DNA from: an uncultured virus (IMG/VR IMGVR_UViG_3300042898_006229)
Lineage: Duplodnaviria > Heunggongvirae > Uroviricota > Caudoviricetes
Direction: 5' to 3' (one strand)
DNA length: 20,000 nt
Virus record (IMG/VR): IMGVR_UViG_3300042898_006229
Shown here: in pieces, positions 18,082-20,000 of the stretch
Layout of the letters: the number at the start of each line of letters is the position of its first letter
How positions within the stretch are numbered: the stretch's first letter is position 1
Notes under the pieces: model-generated
Seen by the model: the letters and a program-made list of their open reading frames with translations, nothing else
The model's database searches: none
What the model was told of the DNA's origin: nothing
Translations under genes and position numbers: made by a program

Positions 18082-18110
18082 TTATAACAAAGATGCAGAA
18101 TAATAAAATA
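18082..18110 (+). promoter_or_regulatory. Intergenic motif similar to 11913-11942 (candidate phage promoter or regulatory site)
   Basis: ttataac-a-aagat-gc-agaata-ataaaata versus ttataac-c-aagat-a-agaata-tt-ataaaata. Confidence 0.35.
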
Positions 18111-18133
18111 GTTCCCCCAAATTTGAGATATTA

Positions 18134-18877
18134 ATGGCACTGAATTTTCCTACATCCCCAACAACAAACCAAATTTTTTCTGATAATGGAAAAACTTGGA
18201 AATATGACGGCAATGCGTGGAGAACTTTAAATGTAACAGGAATTACAGGTGGTGGTACAGGCTTAACAGCTATAAATGCTGGTAATGCTTTCCTATCATC
18301 AAATTCTGCTGGTACTGCTTTAACTTATAGACAATTATTAGCTGGATCTGGTGTTACATTATCAATTAACGCAAGCTCAATTACTATAGAATCGGCAGGG
18401 TCAGGCTTTGTAACAGGTACAGGTACGTCAGCATATGTACCTCTTTGGACTGATGGCGGAACTTCTCTTACAGATTCCATTATGCAACAAATTGGAGATA
18501 TTGTTGTTGTAGCAGGATCCATAAAAGCTCAAACTAAAAGCTTCAAAATTCAACACCCGTTAGATCCAAACAAATATCTTGAACACGGATCTTTAGAAGG
18601 TCCTGAACACGGAATTTACCAAAGAGGAAGAGCTTCAGGAAAAGGAACTGTGCAAGTAGATTTGCCAGATTATTTTCAAGTACTTTCTGAAAATGATATT
18701 AGTGTTCATATAACATCAAGAATTCCAAATAATCTTTATGTTTCAGAAAGTAATTCAAAATTCTTCAAAGTAAAAAGGGTTAACAGTATTTTTTTACGTA
18801 ATGAATATATTGAATTCGATTATTTTGTAATCGGAGAGAGAACTGATATTAAACTAATAATAGAGCAGCCACGATAA
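18134..18877 (+). CDS. Short tail fibre-related protein with C-terminal KSFxIxHP...SLEGPE domain (247 aa)
   Basis: N-terminal MALNFPTSP...NGKTWKYDGNAW and C-terminal KSFKIQHPLDPNKYLEHGSLEGPEHGIYQRG...LPDYF...VIGERTDI (18536-18874) are both motifs I recall from large-phage fibre proteins. Confidence 0.75.
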   Translation: MALNFPTSPTTNQIFSDNGKTWKYDGNAWRTLNVTGITGGGTGLTAINAGNAFLSSNSAGTALTYRQLLAGSGVTLSINASSITIESAGSGFVTGTGTSAYVPLWTDGGTSLTDSIMQQIGDIVVVAGSIKAQTKSFKIQHPLDPNKYLEHGSLEGPEHGIYQRGRASGKGTVQVDLPDYFQVLSENDISVHITSRIPNNLYVSESNSKFFKVKRVNSIFLRNEYIEFDYFVIGERTDIKLIIEQPR

Positions 18878-18879
18878 TA

Positions 18880-18884
18880 GGGAG
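18880..18884 (+). promoter_or_regulatory. Putative Shine-Dalgarno sequence (GGGAG)
   Basis: gggag lies 8 nt upstream of the ATG at 18893. Confidence 0.5.
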
Positions 18885-18892
18885 TTACCAAA

Positions 18893-19999
18893 ATGGGAGA
18901 TCAAAATCCTCGAGACTTTGCGGAAAAAGTCATCCAATCATTAAAAAAATCTTCTAGAGCAGTTGATTTAAATGAAGTGCCAGAGCCAGAGCCGAAACAA
19001 GAAACAGTTACTCCAGTCGTTTCTGCTCAATCAAATGATGTTCAAGCTTTTTATTCACAACCAGAAGGTGGTGGACAGGGACCAGGAACTGGTGGTAATA
19101 AAGACATTGTAATCATCCCTGGTTACACTGGCACAGCTGCAACATCCACATCTCAAGTTAACTTTTACTGGAACGCTCCGACTACACCTGATTCTACTGG
19201 TATTGACAATAATGTAAGAGCTACAATTTACAATTATGCATTATCAACAACTAAGCCAGTACTTGTTTTTGGTGGTTATGATGGAACAAACCAATATAAA
19301 CCAACTCCATTATATGGCACTGGTACTGGTATCACTGCAAAAATTTGGTTAGATCCATTTCTAGGTAGAATTGATGCAGACTCTATTGGTTTAAACGCAA
19401 CTGGTGTTGGCATAAGTACTGATAAAGGTATCTTGACTTATGATAGTACTCAAAACAAATTAAGAGTTGGCATAGGAGCTGGTACTGCTAAAACTCTTGC
19501 ATATACAGATGATGTCGCTTCTGCATCTGGAGCAGCTACAACTGCACAAAACATCCATATGCAAGTTGGTGCTAATGCCGCTTCCCACTCAGTAGCATTC
19601 TCATTACAACCAACAGGTGCTGGTGTAGCTTTATCATCAGACGCAGAACTTACATACAATCCAAATACAAACACTCTTGTATACACTAATGCTACAGTTT
19701 CTGGAACAATCAACTCAACTACAATTCCTACCAGTAAAACACTTGTAGTTACAACAGACAAATTAAGTGTACACGCTGCTACTACTTCTTTGGAATTAGC
19801 TGGAGTTATTTCTGACGAAACTGGAAGCGGAGCTTTAGTATTTGCGACTTCTCCAGTTCTTGTTACTCCTGCTTTAGGAACTCCGTCTTCAGGACTTCTT
19901 ACTAACTGTAATATCCCAGTAGGTAATGTAACTGGAACAGGCGTTGGAGTTACTGCATTCCTAATTACTCCATCATCAGCAAATTTAGCATCTGCGCTT
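18893..19999 (+). CDS. Tail fibre-like protein, 3' truncated (>=369 aa); not in the ORF track
   Basis: Manual translation from ATG 18893 (MGDQNPRDFAEKVIQ...) is open to the window end. Contains ATTAQNI...ALSSDAELTYNPNTNTL, shared with the upstream fibres, and DETGSGALVFATSPVLVTPALGTP (from 19814), a fibre-shaft motif I recognise. Confidence 0.8.
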   Translation, partial: MGDQNPRDFAEKVIQSLKKSSRAVDLNEVPEPEPKQETVTPVVSAQSNDVQAFYSQPEGGGQGPGTGGNKDIVIIPGYTGTAATSTSQVNFYWNAPTTPDSTGIDNNVRATIYNYALSTTKPVLVFGGYDGTNQYKPTPLYGTGTGITAKIWLDPFLGRIDADSIGLNATGVGISTDKGILTYDSTQNKLRVGIGAGTAKTLAYTDDVASASGAATTAQNIHMQVGANAASHSVAFSLQPTGAGVALSSDAELTYNPNTNTLVYTNATVSGTINSTTIPTSKTLVVTTDKLSVHAATTSLELAGVISDETGSGALVFATSPVLVTPALGTPSSGLLTNCNIPVGNVTGTGVGVTAFLITPSSANLASAL

Positions 20000-20000
20000 A

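Noticed and set aside
1213..19761. Short minus-strand ORFs (e.g. 1213-1398, 2290-2661, 8148-8693, 9831-10193, 12406-12600, 18325-18522, 19450-19761)
   Set aside because: Antisense shadows lying fully inside stronger genes. Most are Pro/Val-rich mirrors of Gly/Thr codons and recur with the repeats.

Overview
AT-rich, gene-dense window that reads as the tail-fibre/host-recognition region of a large tailed phage. The protein motifs resemble those I recall from T4-like cyanophage and freshwater phage fibres; the host cannot be determined. Gene order: (1) a 5'-truncated giant Gly/Ser/Thr-rich fibre-like gene, open from base 2 to 7345 (>=2447 aa; the TTG start at 932 in the ORF track is an artefact); (2) a second 1303-aa fibre-like gene built from the same modules; (3) one 213-aa gene on the minus strand; (4) a tandem array of nine paralogous 217-238 aa LamG/concanavalin-A-like genes with conserved ends, variable cores and mostly TAATG stop/start overlaps; (5) a short 247-aa fibre-like gene; (6) a 3'-truncated fibre-like gene missing from the ORF track. 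The most notable feature is the nine-gene lectin-fold array. It shows signs of segment exchange between paralogs and is bracketed by a shared ~30-bp intergenic motif, making it a candidate bank of interchangeable adhesin tips. No RNA genes, CRISPR arrays, recombinase, reverse transcriptase or transposase were seen. All family assignments are by-eye motif recognition, not database results.
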